DNA of 64,000 nt from an uncultured Candidatus Saccharibacteria bacterium (GTDB taxonomy: Bacteria > Patescibacteriota > Saccharimonadia > Saccharimonadales > UBA7683), in assembly GCA_964541305.1 (NCBI GenBank), contig CAZIPE010000001.1:12138-76137 (forward strand). The letters run 5' to 3'. A program made the translations under genes and the position numbers. Under the pieces are notes generated by a model that made no database searches, had not been told where the DNA came from, and worked only from the letters and a program-made list of their open reading frames with translations. Positions 27,373-37,523 of the stretch are shown piece after piece (position 1 is the stretch's first letter; the number at the start of each line of letters is the position of its first letter).

Positions 27373-28833
27373 TCAGTTAACACTTACAATCCAACGAACA
27401 TTTTGTTGTAAGTCGCCATTACTGAGTGAGCGTGTATTTTCGCCATACCCATATAAGTTATTCTTGTGTGGTTTTGCAATAATCTTTAGCCCAGGTTGAA
27501 TCTGAATGATGTCTTTTGAGGAATAAAAGGTTGTTTCACAAACCGGCTTCTTAACGGTCAGGAGTATTTCAATTTGTTTAGTTGCTCCAGACACCGCACA
27601 TACTCCGGGCTGCGCAAGCTCGTTTTTCACAAGCTTAAAATCAGTGTTGAATACCTGGTGAGTTGCTGTCTGGCGCGGCCACAGTATAAAATACGACTGA
27701 TAGTGCAAAAGCGTCGTTGTGAGCACAAGTAACACAAGTGGAACTAGAAGTGCGACTTTAGCGTATGGATTCTTTGGAAATGTCCGTTGCCATCTGTGAA
27801 TGAAATGACGAATACCTGCAGTCATGCACACAGCAGCGGGTACGATAAGCAGGCTTCCGCCTCGAGAACCAGAGTTTAGCCCACTAACAACGGCTAGCAC
27901 CAGGGCGTTTGTTAATATCACGAGGTTCAGTCTGTTTACCCGAGTCATCCACAGCATAACTAGACCGAACAACATGAATATAAATTCAAAATAGCGAACC
28001 AAAAATACCCCACTCGGTCCAAGTAGAGGGTTATTATCTGGCCAGAGTATCGCGACGCCACTTGAATTTATAACAAAGTTTTTTACATACTCTCCGACTG
28101 AAGGTATGTCTGTGATGCCAAGAATAGACTGTAAAAAAGTGATATCCCTAATTGAGAGTAAAATGACAAGTACCAGACCCATTAGAATGCTAAAAATAGA
28201 GAGTACTTTAATATAAGTTCCAGATTCAGTAACTCTTTTTCGGAACATCGCACATGCACACATACAAATAGAAGTAGTGATAACAGCGTATACTCCATAC
28301 GGCACGAATAGCAACATGGTTGCACCTACTGCATACATCAGGAGCCAGTTAGTCTTTTTTTCAATTAACTTCATGAGAGAAAAAAGTAACAGTACAAACC
28401 AGAAGCTAAATTCAATACCTCCTGTGCCGAGTCTCGCTATATATAAAAACCAATCTGCACACAGTAGTAATGTAATAGAGAGTAGTACGGTTACTTTCCC
28501 GAACCACTTTTTTAGAAGATTGTAGAGTAGTAGCGCAGTTGTTGCTGCGAGAATAATACTTGGCAAGCGAATGCTGATTGAGGTGACGCCCAGAACATGC
28601 AGACTTATCCACTGAAGTAATGAATGGAGAGGATACAGCGGAAGCTGAATAAGTGATTCAAGGGAACTATTTTTGGCAGCCGCTATCAGTTCTGGGTGGC
28701 TGAGACCGGGAATAATTGAACCAAGCCGCCAACACAAAAAATAGAATGCGAACACAAATATAAGAAGGTAGGCAAAAACGTAGCGATAGTTATATAAAAC
28801 TAGAGATTTAAGCGTGCGCTCTTTCACCTTCAT
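27373..28833 (-). CDS. Polytopic membrane protein, possible GT-C-type glycosyltransferase (GT39/ArnT-like)
   Basis: About 12 predicted TMs over 486 aa with a luminal-loop-rich N-terminus. Assignment is by topology only. Confidence 0.45.
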   Translation of the reverse strand: MKVKERTLKSLVLYNYRYVFAYLLIFVFAFYFLCWRLGSIIPGLSHPELIAAAKNSSLESLIQLPLYPLHSLLQWISLHVLGVTSISIRLPSIILAATTALLLYNLLKKWFGKVTVLLSITLLLCADWFLYIARLGTGGIEFSFWFVLLLFSLMKLIEKKTNWLLMYAVGATMLLFVPYGVYAVITTSICMCACAMFRKRVTESGTYIKVLSIFSILMGLVLVILLSIRDITFLQSILGITDIPSVGEYVKNFVINSSGVAILWPDNNPLLGPSGVFLVRYFEFIFMLFGLVMLWMTRVNRLNLVILTNALVLAVVSGLNSGSRGGSLLIVPAAVCMTAGIRHFIHRWQRTFPKNPYAKVALLVPLVLLVLTTTLLHYQSYFILWPRQTATHQVFNTDFKLVKNELAQPGVCAVSGATKQIEILLTVKKPVCETTFYSSKDIIQIQPGLKIIAKPHKNNLYGYGENTRSLSNGDLQQNVRWIVSVN

Positions 28834-28862
28834 TATGGTATCCAGTATAGCACCTGAGACTG

Positions 28863-30215
28863 TTAATGTGAGGAATCAAGCGAGAGAAACTTGAGCTGCT
28901 CAGGGTGGAAGTAGAGCTCGATCTTACCAGTGGGGCCATTTCGATGTTTGGCAATAATAAGGTCGGTAATGTGTTGTCGGTCAGTTTCAGGGTTGTAGTA
29001 ATCTTCGCGGTAAATAAACATGACGATATCTGCATCTTGCTCAATAGATCCTGATTCACGAAGATCAGAAAGCTGAGGTATTTTATCAGGGCGCTGTTCA
29101 ACACTTCGTGAAAGCTGAGACAATGCCACAACCGGAACGTTCATTTCGCGGGCAATCAATTTGAGCCCACGACTTATTTCAGAAATCTCTTGTACGCGGT
29201 TAAAGTCATTTGCTTTGCCTGTTCCACTCATCAACTGCAGGTAATCTACCACGATTAAGCCAAGAGGGTGTTTGTTGGCCTCTCGGCGGGCCTTGGTGCG
29301 CATCTCCATAATGCTAATCCCCGGGGTGTCATCGATAAATATTGGTGATTCACTCAGGCTACCCATGGCGTGACCAAGTTTTTCAAAGTCATCATCATTA
29401 AGATCGCCGGTGCGTATCTTCCAGGCATCGACACCCGATTCTGCTGCCAACATCCTGTCGACTAATTGATCTTTGCTCATCTCGAGACTAAAAAATAGTA
29501 CTGCTTGTTTCTCTAGACCAGCAACGTTCTGAACGAGGTTACCTACTAGTGTTGTCTTACCCATGGCAGGTCGAGCGGCAAGTACAATAAGATCTGAGCG
29601 TTGAAGGCCGGAGGTCTTTTTATCGAGATCTTTCCAGCCGGTTCTAATGCCGCGGAGTGCGCCTTTGTTTTTGTGAAGTTCGTCTAATCTATCAAAGCCT
29701 TCAGCTAAAATCTGTTCAATTGAGACTAAGTCTTGCTTGAGAGTTCGCTGTGAAACGCTAAACAGTCGGGCTTCAGCTTGTTCTAGGATTTCTTGGACAC
29801 TCGTCGTGTTATCTGAAAAACTCATGCTAGTTATATCCTCAGAAGCCTTGATAAGTTTTCGACGTAACGCTTTTTCTGCAACTATGTCTGCATAATGCTC
29901 GCCATGTGCTGCGGTGGGAACGGCATTGGTAAGTTCAGTCAGGTAGCTCGCTCCGCCAACTTGTTCAAGATCACCTCTATCGTTCAGGGTGCTAGAAAGA
30001 GTCAGTAAATCAACTGGCTTATTTTGTTCATAGAGCCGTAAAATAGCGTCATAGATGATCCCGTGCCGCCTATCGTAAAAATCTTCATTACTTATTTTAT
30101 CGGCAATAGTGGTAATAACATCACCATCCAACAAAATTGAGCCGAGCAAGCTTACTTCCGCTTCAACGTTTTGCGGTGGGACCTTTCCTCCAGCGATATC
30201 AGGTGTTTCGGGCAT
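28863..30215 (-). CDS. dnaB: Replicative DNA helicase DnaB
   Basis: N-terminal PPQNVEAEVSLLGSIL, Walker A AARPAMGKTT, RecA-like motifs (VVDYLQLM, ALSQLSR). Confidence 0.9.
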   Translation of the reverse strand: MPETPDIAGGKVPPQNVEAEVSLLGSILLDGDVITTIADKISNEDFYDRRHGIIYDAILRLYEQNKPVDLLTLSSTLNDRGDLEQVGGASYLTELTNAVPTAAHGEHYADIVAEKALRRKLIKASEDITSMSFSDNTTSVQEILEQAEARLFSVSQRTLKQDLVSIEQILAEGFDRLDELHKNKGALRGIRTGWKDLDKKTSGLQRSDLIVLAARPAMGKTTLVGNLVQNVAGLEKQAVLFFSLEMSKDQLVDRMLAAESGVDAWKIRTGDLNDDDFEKLGHAMGSLSESPIFIDDTPGISIMEMRTKARREANKHPLGLIVVDYLQLMSGTGKANDFNRVQEISEISRGLKLIAREMNVPVVALSQLSRSVEQRPDKIPQLSDLRESGSIEQDADIVMFIYREDYYNPETDRQHITDLIIAKHRNGPTGKIELYFHPEQLKFLSLDSSH

Positions 30216-31722
30216 CTACAATTTCTCCTCCGCCCATCATATCTTGAATATTGGTAATAAGTGAAGCATGAGCACTATCGGGTTCTGGTGTGTGTGCGGC
30301 CAGAGTATCATCTTTTCGTTTTAAAGTTGAGTCTACTCGAGTGACAATATTCGGTTGCGAACCAATTTGGTTTGAAATGATTTCTGAAATAAGCTGTTTA
30401 TTCTTGGCTTCATCAGCTCGCTTCTGGTGAAAAGGAAACTGGAATGAAAGAATGCAGGTGTCACCCTCAATATGTGGGTGTGCGAGTCGCATAACGGTGT
30501 ACAGAGAGCTATTACGTTCCTTTACTTCGCTAAGTATATCGCGCCAATCATCTTCAATTGAGCCTACCGGATCGCTCACTTTTTTTGGTGCTTGAACCAT
30601 CTCTGTTTTTTCACGAGCTTCATCATCATTTAATTCTGGTGACTTAGACTCGATCACTTCTTTGGATGGCTCAACTGTTTTGACTGGTGGCTTTGGGGTT
30701 GGAGCAGCTAGCCCCTCCCTCACGGGCACTGAAGACTCGACAAGCCCACCTGTCTCAGGTTTATGGGCCAGACAATAATCTATAACTGCGATGTCAAGGC
30801 TTAATCCTGGCTGAGGACTTGCGTTTACAGAAAGCAAGCTGCGCATTAGACTAAGCGTAGAGTCATCGTTCACCTCACTTCTCAGGAGCGCAATAAGTTG
30901 ATCAGCAATACGTGCCGGCGATACTCCGTTTTCCTGTAAGGTGTGGGCTTTCTGGAGACTCTGGCTTGTATTACCTTCACGGGCACTGCTGAGCATTTCA
31001 GCAAGTTCATCTCGAGGTGCCAAGCCAAGCAAATCTTCAATTACCGCCTTAGAAACAGGTTGGGGTAGATGACTGATTTGGTCAAGTAAACTAATGCTAT
31101 CCCTAAAACTTCCTTCACCGTGCTCAGCGAGCAGAGTAAGCGCATCGTCATCAACTTTTATGCCCTCGCTTTTGGCAATTGCTTTTAAATGTGCAGTTAC
31201 TTGAGGTGTGGGAACGGCACGGAAGGTGTGACGTTGCGTACGACTGACGATAGTAGCAGGTAATTTGTGTACTTCAGTGGTCGCAAGTATAAATATCACA
31301 TGCGCAGGCGGCTCTTCGAGTGTCTTAAGTAGTGCATTGAAGCTCTCTGAAGTTAACATGTGTACCTCATCGATTATGTAAACTTTGTACGTAGCATTCA
31401 CAGGAGCGAGATTAACTTTTTCACGCAAATCTCGGATGTCATCAATCCGTCTATTGCTCGCAGCATCTATTTCTATAATATCGAGATGGGCTGAATCGTC
31501 GGTGTAAGCAATATTGTTTATTTCATGAGCCAGTATTCGCGCAATAGACGTCTTGCCCACCCCTCGAGGCCCCGTGAATAAATAGGCGTGGCTGAGCGTG
31601 TTATTCTTTATAGCATTCTTAAGACTTGTTGTGATGTGTTCCTGCCCGATAATCTCATCAAGAGATTTTGAGCGGTACTTACGATACAACGCACGATGCG
31701 CCTCTTTTTTCTTTTCTCCCAT
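30199..31722 (-). CDS. dnaX: DNA polymerase III subunit gamma/tau
   Basis: AAA+ Walker A GPRGVGKTS, ~200-aa clamp-loader core (SESFNALLKTLEEPP), and a long Pro/Glu-rich C-terminal region. Confidence 0.9.
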   Translation of the reverse strand: MGEKKKEAHRALYRKYRSKSLDEIIGQEHITTSLKNAIKNNTLSHAYLFTGPRGVGKTSIARILAHEINNIAYTDDSAHLDIIEIDAASNRRIDDIRDLREKVNLAPVNATYKVYIIDEVHMLTSESFNALLKTLEEPPAHVIFILATTEVHKLPATIVSRTQRHTFRAVPTPQVTAHLKAIAKSEGIKVDDDALTLLAEHGEGSFRDSISLLDQISHLPQPVSKAVIEDLLGLAPRDELAEMLSSAREGNTSQSLQKAHTLQENGVSPARIADQLIALLRSEVNDDSTLSLMRSLLSVNASPQPGLSLDIAVIDYCLAHKPETGGLVESSVPVREGLAAPTPKPPVKTVEPSKEVIESKSPELNDDEAREKTEMVQAPKKVSDPVGSIEDDWRDILSEVKERNSSLYTVMRLAHPHIEGDTCILSFQFPFHQKRADEAKNKQLISEIISNQIGSQPNIVTRVDSTLKRKDDTLAAHTPEPDSAHASLITNIQDMMGGGEIVDARNT

Positions 31723-31820
31723 AGTACTACTAGTATATCAGCAAGGGCATATTTTAAAGCGTTGATCGACTAGCTTGCTGTAAAAACCACACATATGCGA
31801 TATCAGAACCACCGGCTCTA

Positions 31821-32330
31821 CTACAGTGCTGCTTCGAGGGCGGCCCACTCGACGTCTTCATCGTCTTCAGGAATGACAACGCTTACCTGGTCGCCAACGT
31901 GACCCTTAAAGTACGTGACGCTAGCAAGAAGTACGCGGTACTCTTTTCCGGCTACATCAACAAAGTATCCGCCTTCGCGTTGAATGAGCGTGCCGATGAC
32001 TTGTTTTCGCGGTACAGGTCCTATTTGTTTGTAAATGAATGAACCGTCATCAGCTATGCTTAATTTTAAGATATCGCCCTGAATAAGCTTCGATTTGCTG
32101 GCGTAATTTGCTGGCACAGGATATGTTTTACCATCTGGACCAAGCATATTTTGACCATCAAAGACACCTTCTATAACCTTTCCTGCTACTTCTTCTCGTT
32201 GCGCTGTAGAAACACTAGTATCCTCGCCTACAAGGCTAGTTAATAGCTCTTTAGCGGCGGCAAGACTTGTTTCAGCCTCAGTTAACAACGCCTTCAGGCG
32301 TTTTACTTGTTTCTCCGGTAGTTCTGACAT
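31821..32330 (-). CDS. Hypothetical protein
   Basis: 169-aa ORF upstream of dnaX on the same strand. No recognisable motif. Confidence 0.4.
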   Translation of the reverse strand: MSELPEKQVKRLKALLTEAETSLAAAKELLTSLVGEDTSVSTAQREEVAGKVIEGVFDGQNMLGPDGKTYPVPANYASKSKLIQGDILKLSIADDGSFIYKQIGPVPRKQVIGTLIQREGGYFVDVAGKEYRVLLASVTYFKGHVGDQVSVVIPEDDEDVEWAALEAAL

Positions 32331-32509
32331 TTGATAAACCCTTACTTTTTATTTAACTCGCAAGTATCTTGCTCACATTAGCATGTAAGCGTATACGTGT
32401 CAATAATTATGTACAGACTTTTCCACAGTTATATATTCCAGAGTTGTAAATAGTCGTACGAGGGACAACAAATTTCAGGCATTACAATGTATAATTATAC
32501 AAATACTTC

Positions 32510-34243
32510 ATGTTAAAAAAACTATCATTTACTATACCTATTGTTGAAACGTTAAAGAGTTATCAGCGCTCATGGCTCAGGTTCGATTTACTCGCTGGTG
32601 TAACGGTTGCGGCGGTTGCTATTCCGCAGTCTATGGCATACGCACAACTTGCAGGGGCACCGATTGCTATGGGATTATATGCCGCGTTTGCCGCAATGAT
32701 TTTGTATGCACTTTTCTCCACCACCAAACACGTCATAGTTGGGCCTGATGCTGCCATGGCGGCTCTTACAGGAGCTACGTTGATACCTCTCGCAAGTGGA
32801 GGATCGGGGCAATACCTTGCGCTTGTAGCGTTGATGAGTATTTTAGTCGGTATCGCAAGCCTTATCGCGGTTGCCGCAAAGCTAAATTTTTTAAGTGAAT
32901 TTATATCCCGCCCCATACTACTCGGCTATATGGCTGGCTTGGCTTTGGCGGTGATTGCTTCGCAGGCACCAAAATTGTTCGGTATTCCGGTGCTACCTAA
33001 GAGTAACTTCTTTAGTAGCATACTTCATATTATTACTAGCCTTGGTGGCGCTCATGTTCAGACAGTACTGTTTAGTATTGCATTGGGTGTATCAGCATAT
33101 CTGTTATTTCGTTACTTTCCCAAATTACCAGCTAGCATACTAATTTTAATAACTAGTATTGTTCTCTCGTATCTATTTGATTTTCAAAGTAACGGTATTG
33201 CCATTGTGGGCGCTATTCCGTCTGGCTTACCCATCCCAAGTATTCCTCAGGTGAGTTGGTTCGATGTCCAAAACTTATTTGTGCCGGCGTTTGCTATTAT
33301 GATGGTCAGTTACGCGAACACAATTACTACGGCACGTTCGTTTGCCGCTAAGAAGAACGATCAGATTGATTCCTCTCAAGAGCTTACCGCACTAGGCATC
33401 GCTAGTATAGGCTCAGGATTGAGTGGTGGAATTCCAGTTGCCGCCAGTGGCGCTCGCACCGCGCTTAACGAGCAGAATAAAGCTGTCAGTCAGGTTTCTC
33501 AGCTTATTGCAGCACTGTTTATTGCACTAGCGCTGTTGTTTTTTACGCCTGTGCTCAAGTACCTTCCTCAGCCTGCGCTCGCAGTTATTATAATAATGGC
33601 AGTACTGACGTTATTTAACATCACAGAACTTCGTTCAATATGGCACGCCTGGCAACCTGAGGCAGTACTGGCAATTATTACCGTGCTTGGTGTAACGTTC
33701 CTCGGTATATTCCAGGGTTTACTGGTAGCAATACTTCTGGCTATTGTGAATCTCATACGCACTAGCGCTTTTCCTACTGATGCAGTACTTGGGGTCGCGG
33801 AAGATGGGTCAATTAGAGATAAAAAACGTCCACCAAAGACAGAGCCTGTCCCCGGTATAATTATGTATCGTTTTGACGCACCACTATATTTTGGCAATGC
33901 TAACTTCTTTCGACAACGGGTAATCGAGTTACTTGATGAAAATCCTGCAGCTCGCTGGTTTCTGTGGGACGCAGAAACCATTACGTCACTTGACTCAACT
34001 GGCGCCCAAATGCTTCTTGGACTTATGCAAGAACTTAAGGCACGAAAAATTACATTTTGTATTGCCCGCATGAAAGGTCCGATTCGCTCGACAATTAACA
34101 AAACAAATCGTCTTTCAAATGCCTTTAAGTCTGTCCCGCATTATCCAAGTATGGGGAAGGCACTCACTGCGTTTGAGGAGGAGTCTGGACGCAATACACG
34201 GGTAGCGAAACTTGTTAAAAAATCTAAAATACTTAGGAAATAG
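32510..34243 (+). CDS. SulP-family anion transporter with C-terminal STAS domain
   Basis: N-terminal SulP signature (RFDLLAGVTVAAVAIPQSMAYAQLAG), multiple TMs, and a STAS-like C-terminus. Confidence 0.85.
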   Translation: MLKKLSFTIPIVETLKSYQRSWLRFDLLAGVTVAAVAIPQSMAYAQLAGAPIAMGLYAAFAAMILYALFSTTKHVIVGPDAAMAALTGATLIPLASGGSGQYLALVALMSILVGIASLIAVAAKLNFLSEFISRPILLGYMAGLALAVIASQAPKLFGIPVLPKSNFFSSILHIITSLGGAHVQTVLFSIALGVSAYLLFRYFPKLPASILILITSIVLSYLFDFQSNGIAIVGAIPSGLPIPSIPQVSWFDVQNLFVPAFAIMMVSYANTITTARSFAAKKNDQIDSSQELTALGIASIGSGLSGGIPVAASGARTALNEQNKAVSQVSQLIAALFIALALLFFTPVLKYLPQPALAVIIIMAVLTLFNITELRSIWHAWQPEAVLAIITVLGVTFLGIFQGLLVAILLAIVNLIRTSAFPTDAVLGVAEDGSIRDKKRPPKTEPVPGIIMYRFDAPLYFGNANFFRQRVIELLDENPAARWFLWDAETITSLDSTGAQMLLGLMQELKARKITFCIARMKGPIRSTINKTNRLSNAFKSVPHYPSMGKALTAFEEESGRNTRVAKLVKKSKILRK

Positions 34244-34276
34244 TATTCAACGTAAAATCCGTCGTATTGCACTAAA

Positions 34277-34285
34277 TGGTATAAT
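34277..34285 (+). promoter_or_regulatory. Extended -10 TGgTATAAT 6 nt upstream of ATG (leaderless rhodanese transcript)
   Basis: TGGTATAAT at 34277-34285 and ATG at 34292, with no room for an SD. Confidence 0.35.
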
Positions 34286-34291
34286 GTAGGT

Positions 34292-34558
34292 ATGGATAGA
34301 GTAATAATTGATGTTAGGGAGCCTGAGGAGTACTCCGTTGATCATGTTGAGGGCGCAATAAACATCCCTCCTAGCGAAATTATGGCTGGTTCACGTAAGT
34401 TGGATGGTCTACCCAAGGATACGGAGCTCATTTTATATTGTGTTTCAGGTAGTCGTTCGAATGTCTCAGCTAACATTTTAAGATCCCAGGGATTTACAAA
34501 TATTGTAAACGGCATCAACAAGCAACAGGTTAAAGCTAAGTACGCCAGTATCAAGTAG
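34292..34558 (+). CDS. Single-domain rhodanese (sulfurtransferase)
   Basis: Active-site loop CVSGSRS (Cx2Gx2R/S); 88 aa. Confidence 0.8.
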   Translation: MDRVIIDVREPEEYSVDHVEGAINIPPSEIMAGSRKLDGLPKDTELILYCVSGSRSNVSANILRSQGFTNIVNGINKQQVKAKYASIK

Positions 34559-34603
34559 TGTCTCCCTCTTTAATTTGCCGATTTGAGAGAGTATCTTAGT
34601 AAT

Positions 34604-35101
34604 ATGACGGACGTACACGAACTGGTTGACAGAAGTGACTTTAGTGCATATCTGCCACTGGGCGAAGTTGAAAGCCGTGGCCTAGGAGTCTTGTACATAG
34701 CAGATAGTCTGCAGATTGATGAATTGGCAGTGTATATAGGAGACGGTATATTCAAAGGCATCTCGCCAGAAATTCGACCACAAGCGTTAACGCTAAGATT
34801 AAGGATTGATAATCACAAAGATTCGAACAAAGGAGATGCTCTTCGACCGTACCTTTATGTCAATAAAATTGATACTTCGATTCTCGAACAACCAGCAGTC
34901 CTTATGGCGACGCTACTGCCACAATTAACTGCACATTACCAAACATTAGTTAGTGAAAATACAAATGTAACGCAAAGAATGACGAATAGTGAACTGCAGG
35001 ACAGACTGAATCTTTATAAACGGACACTTAGGGCGCTTGAGGCCAGGGAAAAAACAATCGATCCAATTGATGGGTTAATAAATATGTTAGACACGGCTTG
35101 A
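34604..35101 (+). CDS. Hypothetical protein
   Basis: ORF with start taken at MTDVHEL. No motif recognised. Confidence 0.35.
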   Translation: MTDVHELVDRSDFSAYLPLGEVESRGLGVLYIADSLQIDELAVYIGDGIFKGISPEIRPQALTLRLRIDNHKDSNKGDALRPYLYVNKIDTSILEQPAVLMATLLPQLTAHYQTLVSENTNVTQRMTNSELQDRLNLYKRTLRALEAREKTIDPIDGLINMLDTA

Positions 35102-35368
35102 AAGCAAGAATATCATAACAATGAGCCCAACTGTTCGTCGTGCGTACGTAATGCCAGAAAATATCTCAAGCCAAGCCCAGGTAAAAAAAGCTCCGAAACC
35201 AACAAGTTGCAAGAGTAGCTGTAGCTGAAGGCTGCTTTCTGGTATCACGCGTTGAGCAAGAAGGCACACCACACCTGTTATTAAAGGTGTATTTGGAAAT
35301 TGCCACCAGATGACTTTATCATTTTTATCTTTATAGCAGCGGTCAATAATAGACTGTTTTTTGCTCAT
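35087..35368 (-). CDS. Hypothetical small membrane protein
   Basis: 93 aa with two hydrophobic helices. Weak support. Confidence 0.3.
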   Translation of the reverse strand: MSKKQSIIDRCYKDKNDKVIWWQFPNTPLITGVVCLLAQRVIPESSLQLQLLLQLVGFGAFFTWAWLEIFSGITYARRTVGLIVMIFLLSSRV

Positions 35369-35662
35369 ATGCTTATTTTACCGAATTACCACCAAAAAGT
35401 CATTGACATAAGCAATTTCCAGGACTATAACAGTATCAATACTAAACGAAAGGATATATATGTGTTCAGAGTTTGGAGTGCCCGTTAATCGGAATGAGTT
35501 AAGTTGCCATAGTAGGTGTTCGTATACAGATATAGGAGGTGGGGTGCTCGCTGTAGAGTGCTCAATGGAGCCAGGTCAGGTTGCGGTTATGATCCCTACT
35601 GGAGACAATGATACCTTTGTCAGACAGCAACAGTTAAATCCGTCCTAGTCTAGATGAAACAT

Positions 35663-35696
35663 AAAAAAGACTGCCCTAATGAGCAGTCTTTTTTAG
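35663..35696. terminator. Bidirectional rho-independent terminator downstream of rplL
   Basis: AAAAAAGACTGCCCTAATGAGCAGTCTTTTTT: a 7-bp stem, 8-nt loop, A-run on one side and T-run on the other. Confidence 0.7.
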
Positions 35697-35715
35697 TTGT
35701 AAGAACTAAACGAGA

Positions 35716-36093
35716 CTAGGCTAGTTCAACGGTTGCGCCAGCTTCTTCAAGTGACTTCTTTGCAGCTTCGGCTTCTTCTTTGTTAGCCTTTTCTTTTACT
35801 GCTTTTGGAGCACCATCAACAATAGCTTTTGCTTCACCAAGACCAAGACCAGTGATTTCTTTTACTGCTTTGATCACGGCTACTTTTTGAGCACCAGCAT
35901 CCTTAAGAATTACGTCAAATTCGCTCTTCTCGTCTGCTGCTGCACCGCCACCGTCACCTGCTGGTGCGGCAACTGCTGCAACTGCTGCTGCAGGCTCAAT
36001 GCCATATTCATCTTTTAGAATTGTTTTCAGTTCGTTTACTTCTAATACAGTCAAGCCTGTAAGCTGTTCTGCAATCTTCTTTAAATCAGCCAT
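35716..36093 (-). CDS. rplL: 50S ribosomal protein L7/L12
   Basis: Ala-rich hinge and conserved C-terminal domain ([33 protein letters not shown]). Confidence 0.95.
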   Translation of the reverse strand: MADLKKIAEQLTGLTVLEVNELKTILKDEYGIEPAAAVAAVAAPAGDGGGAAADEKSEFDVILKDAGAQKVAVIKAVKEITGLGLGEAKAIVDGAPKAVKEKANKEEAEAAKKSLEEAGATVELA

Positions 36094-36121
36094 GTGATTT
36101 CCTTTCGGTTTATTACGTTAT

Positions 36122-36646
36122 CTAACTTGTAGCTTTAGCCTCAACACCATCGAGGAGTGCGTGTAGGTTGCCAGAAAGGCCACTTACCACATCGTTTAGT
36201 GGTGATGAGAGCGTTGCCATTACTTGAGCGATAAGCTCGTTCTTGCTCGGAAGTATCGCAAATGCATTTACATCTTCGCTACCAAGAACTACTCCATCTG
36301 CTTGCAAACCTGCTACCAAATGTATATCTGGGTTTGTTTTGGCAAACTTTGCTAGTACTTGTGCTGGCGCCACTTCATCTTCTGGATTGAAAGCATACAG
36401 GAGCTGCTCAGCATACTGAGATAAATCAGCATCTTTAAGGCTCTCAATACGAGAAACTGCAAGACGAAATAGACGGTTTTTTACTACCTTTATCTCTGTG
36501 CCGTTTTCTCGTGCCAGGCGACGAAGTGTTTGCATATCTTTCACACTCAAACCCTTGTACTGTGCGAGTAGAGTGAATTTTGAGGTTGAAAGTAGCTCCA
36601 CTACTTCCGCAACAACAGATTCTTTTTGTTCACGACTTAGTGCCAT
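36122..36646 (-). CDS. rplJ: 50S ribosomal protein L10
   Basis: MALSREQKESVVAEV...LSVKDMQTLRRLARENG, a typical L10 N-terminus, immediately upstream of rplL. Confidence 0.9.
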   Translation of the reverse strand: MALSREQKESVVAEVVELLSTSKFTLLAQYKGLSVKDMQTLRRLARENGTEIKVVKNRLFRLAVSRIESLKDADLSQYAEQLLYAFNPEDEVAPAQVLAKFAKTNPDIHLVAGLQADGVVLGSEDVNAFAILPSKNELIAQVMATLSSPLNDVVSGLSGNLHALLDGVEAKATS

Positions 36647-36856
36647 AAACTTCCTCTCTTATTACGTTTATTTCGACCAGTTATGTTAATGAACAGACTA
36701 AAAAAGTCTTTGGTTATCGCATTGCCAAAGACTTAGGGACAAAAACAAAGTGTTTGTTTCACGCCTCGGTAAGTCTTATTGATTGTGTACAATCTGCTTA
36801 CTGTCTTTGGTAATGATCTGTAATATCTTACAGTAGTTGAACAGATTGGTCAATAC

Positions 36857-36887
36857 ATTGACATTAATAGATAAAACGTGCTATAAT
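36857..36887 (+). promoter_or_regulatory. Sigma70-like promoter (TTGACA-N19-TGcTATAAT) directly abutting GGDEF gene start
   Basis: TTGACA at 36857 and TGCTATAAT at 36879-36887. The ATG at 36895 is 7 nt downstream, consistent with a leaderless transcript. Confidence 0.4.
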
Positions 36888-36894
36888 ATAATTA

Positions 36895-37515
36895 ATGAGA
36901 ACTGTCATGGAAAAAACACTTGCACGCGGTGGTGATGCATTACGATTTGCGCGTAAGACTATTGGTCATTCTGCGCTCAAATTTGCTGAAATAGTTGATC
37001 CTGCCATAAAATTCGAAAACGAAACAGATGCGCTATCAGGTTTATTGACGTTCGATGCTTTTAAATGTTATTACGAGGCAAATGTTAATAATAATCGCCG
37101 AGCTCGTCTTGAGGGTGCCAAAGATTATTTATTGCTAGCAGATCTCGATAACTTCGGACAGTTCAATAAAACAAGAGGTCATCTTTATGGCGACTCAGTA
37201 ATAGCAGATATTGGTAGTCGTATTAAAGTATTCAAAAGAATTGAAGACCTTGCATGCAGACGTGGGGGCGACGAATTTATGGTACTTTTTCATGATGCAC
37301 TTGCACTCGATCCAATTGTTCAGAATCTCCGACACTTGAACGAACAGATATATGCAGATTACCAACAGCTCACAAGTGTAAGTATGGGCATGGTTGAGGT
37401 GAGGCGTGGAGACGATTTTAGCTTAGTGCACAAGTTAGCGGATGCAGCTCTGAGCGATGTCAAGCTTAATGGCCGTAATGATATCCGTGTTTATGAAAGA
37501 TTCGACACCGCCTAA
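36895..37515 (+). CDS. GGDEF-domain diguanylate cyclase (stand-alone)
   Basis: DALSGLLTFDAF, LLLADLDNFGQFN, active-site RRGGDEF, and ADAALSDVKLNGRN motifs. Confidence 0.8.
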   Translation: MRTVMEKTLARGGDALRFARKTIGHSALKFAEIVDPAIKFENETDALSGLLTFDAFKCYYEANVNNNRRARLEGAKDYLLLADLDNFGQFNKTRGHLYGDSVIADIGSRIKVFKRIEDLACRRGGDEFMVLFHDALALDPIVQNLRHLNEQIYADYQQLTSVSMGMVEVRRGDDFSLVHKLADAALSDVKLNGRNDIRVYERFDTA

Positions 37516-37523
37516 CGGTGTGA

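Noticed and set aside
32563-34101. ORFs 32563..32916(-) and 33568..34101(-) antisense to the SulP transporter
   Set aside because: They are embedded opposite a strongly supported 577-aa transporter gene. No start context.
36647-36856. Possible L10 (rplJ) autoregulatory leader upstream of rplJ
   Set aside because: It is at the expected position, but I could not identify the conserved L10-leader kink-turn/bulge motifs confidently by eye, so it is not reported as a feature.
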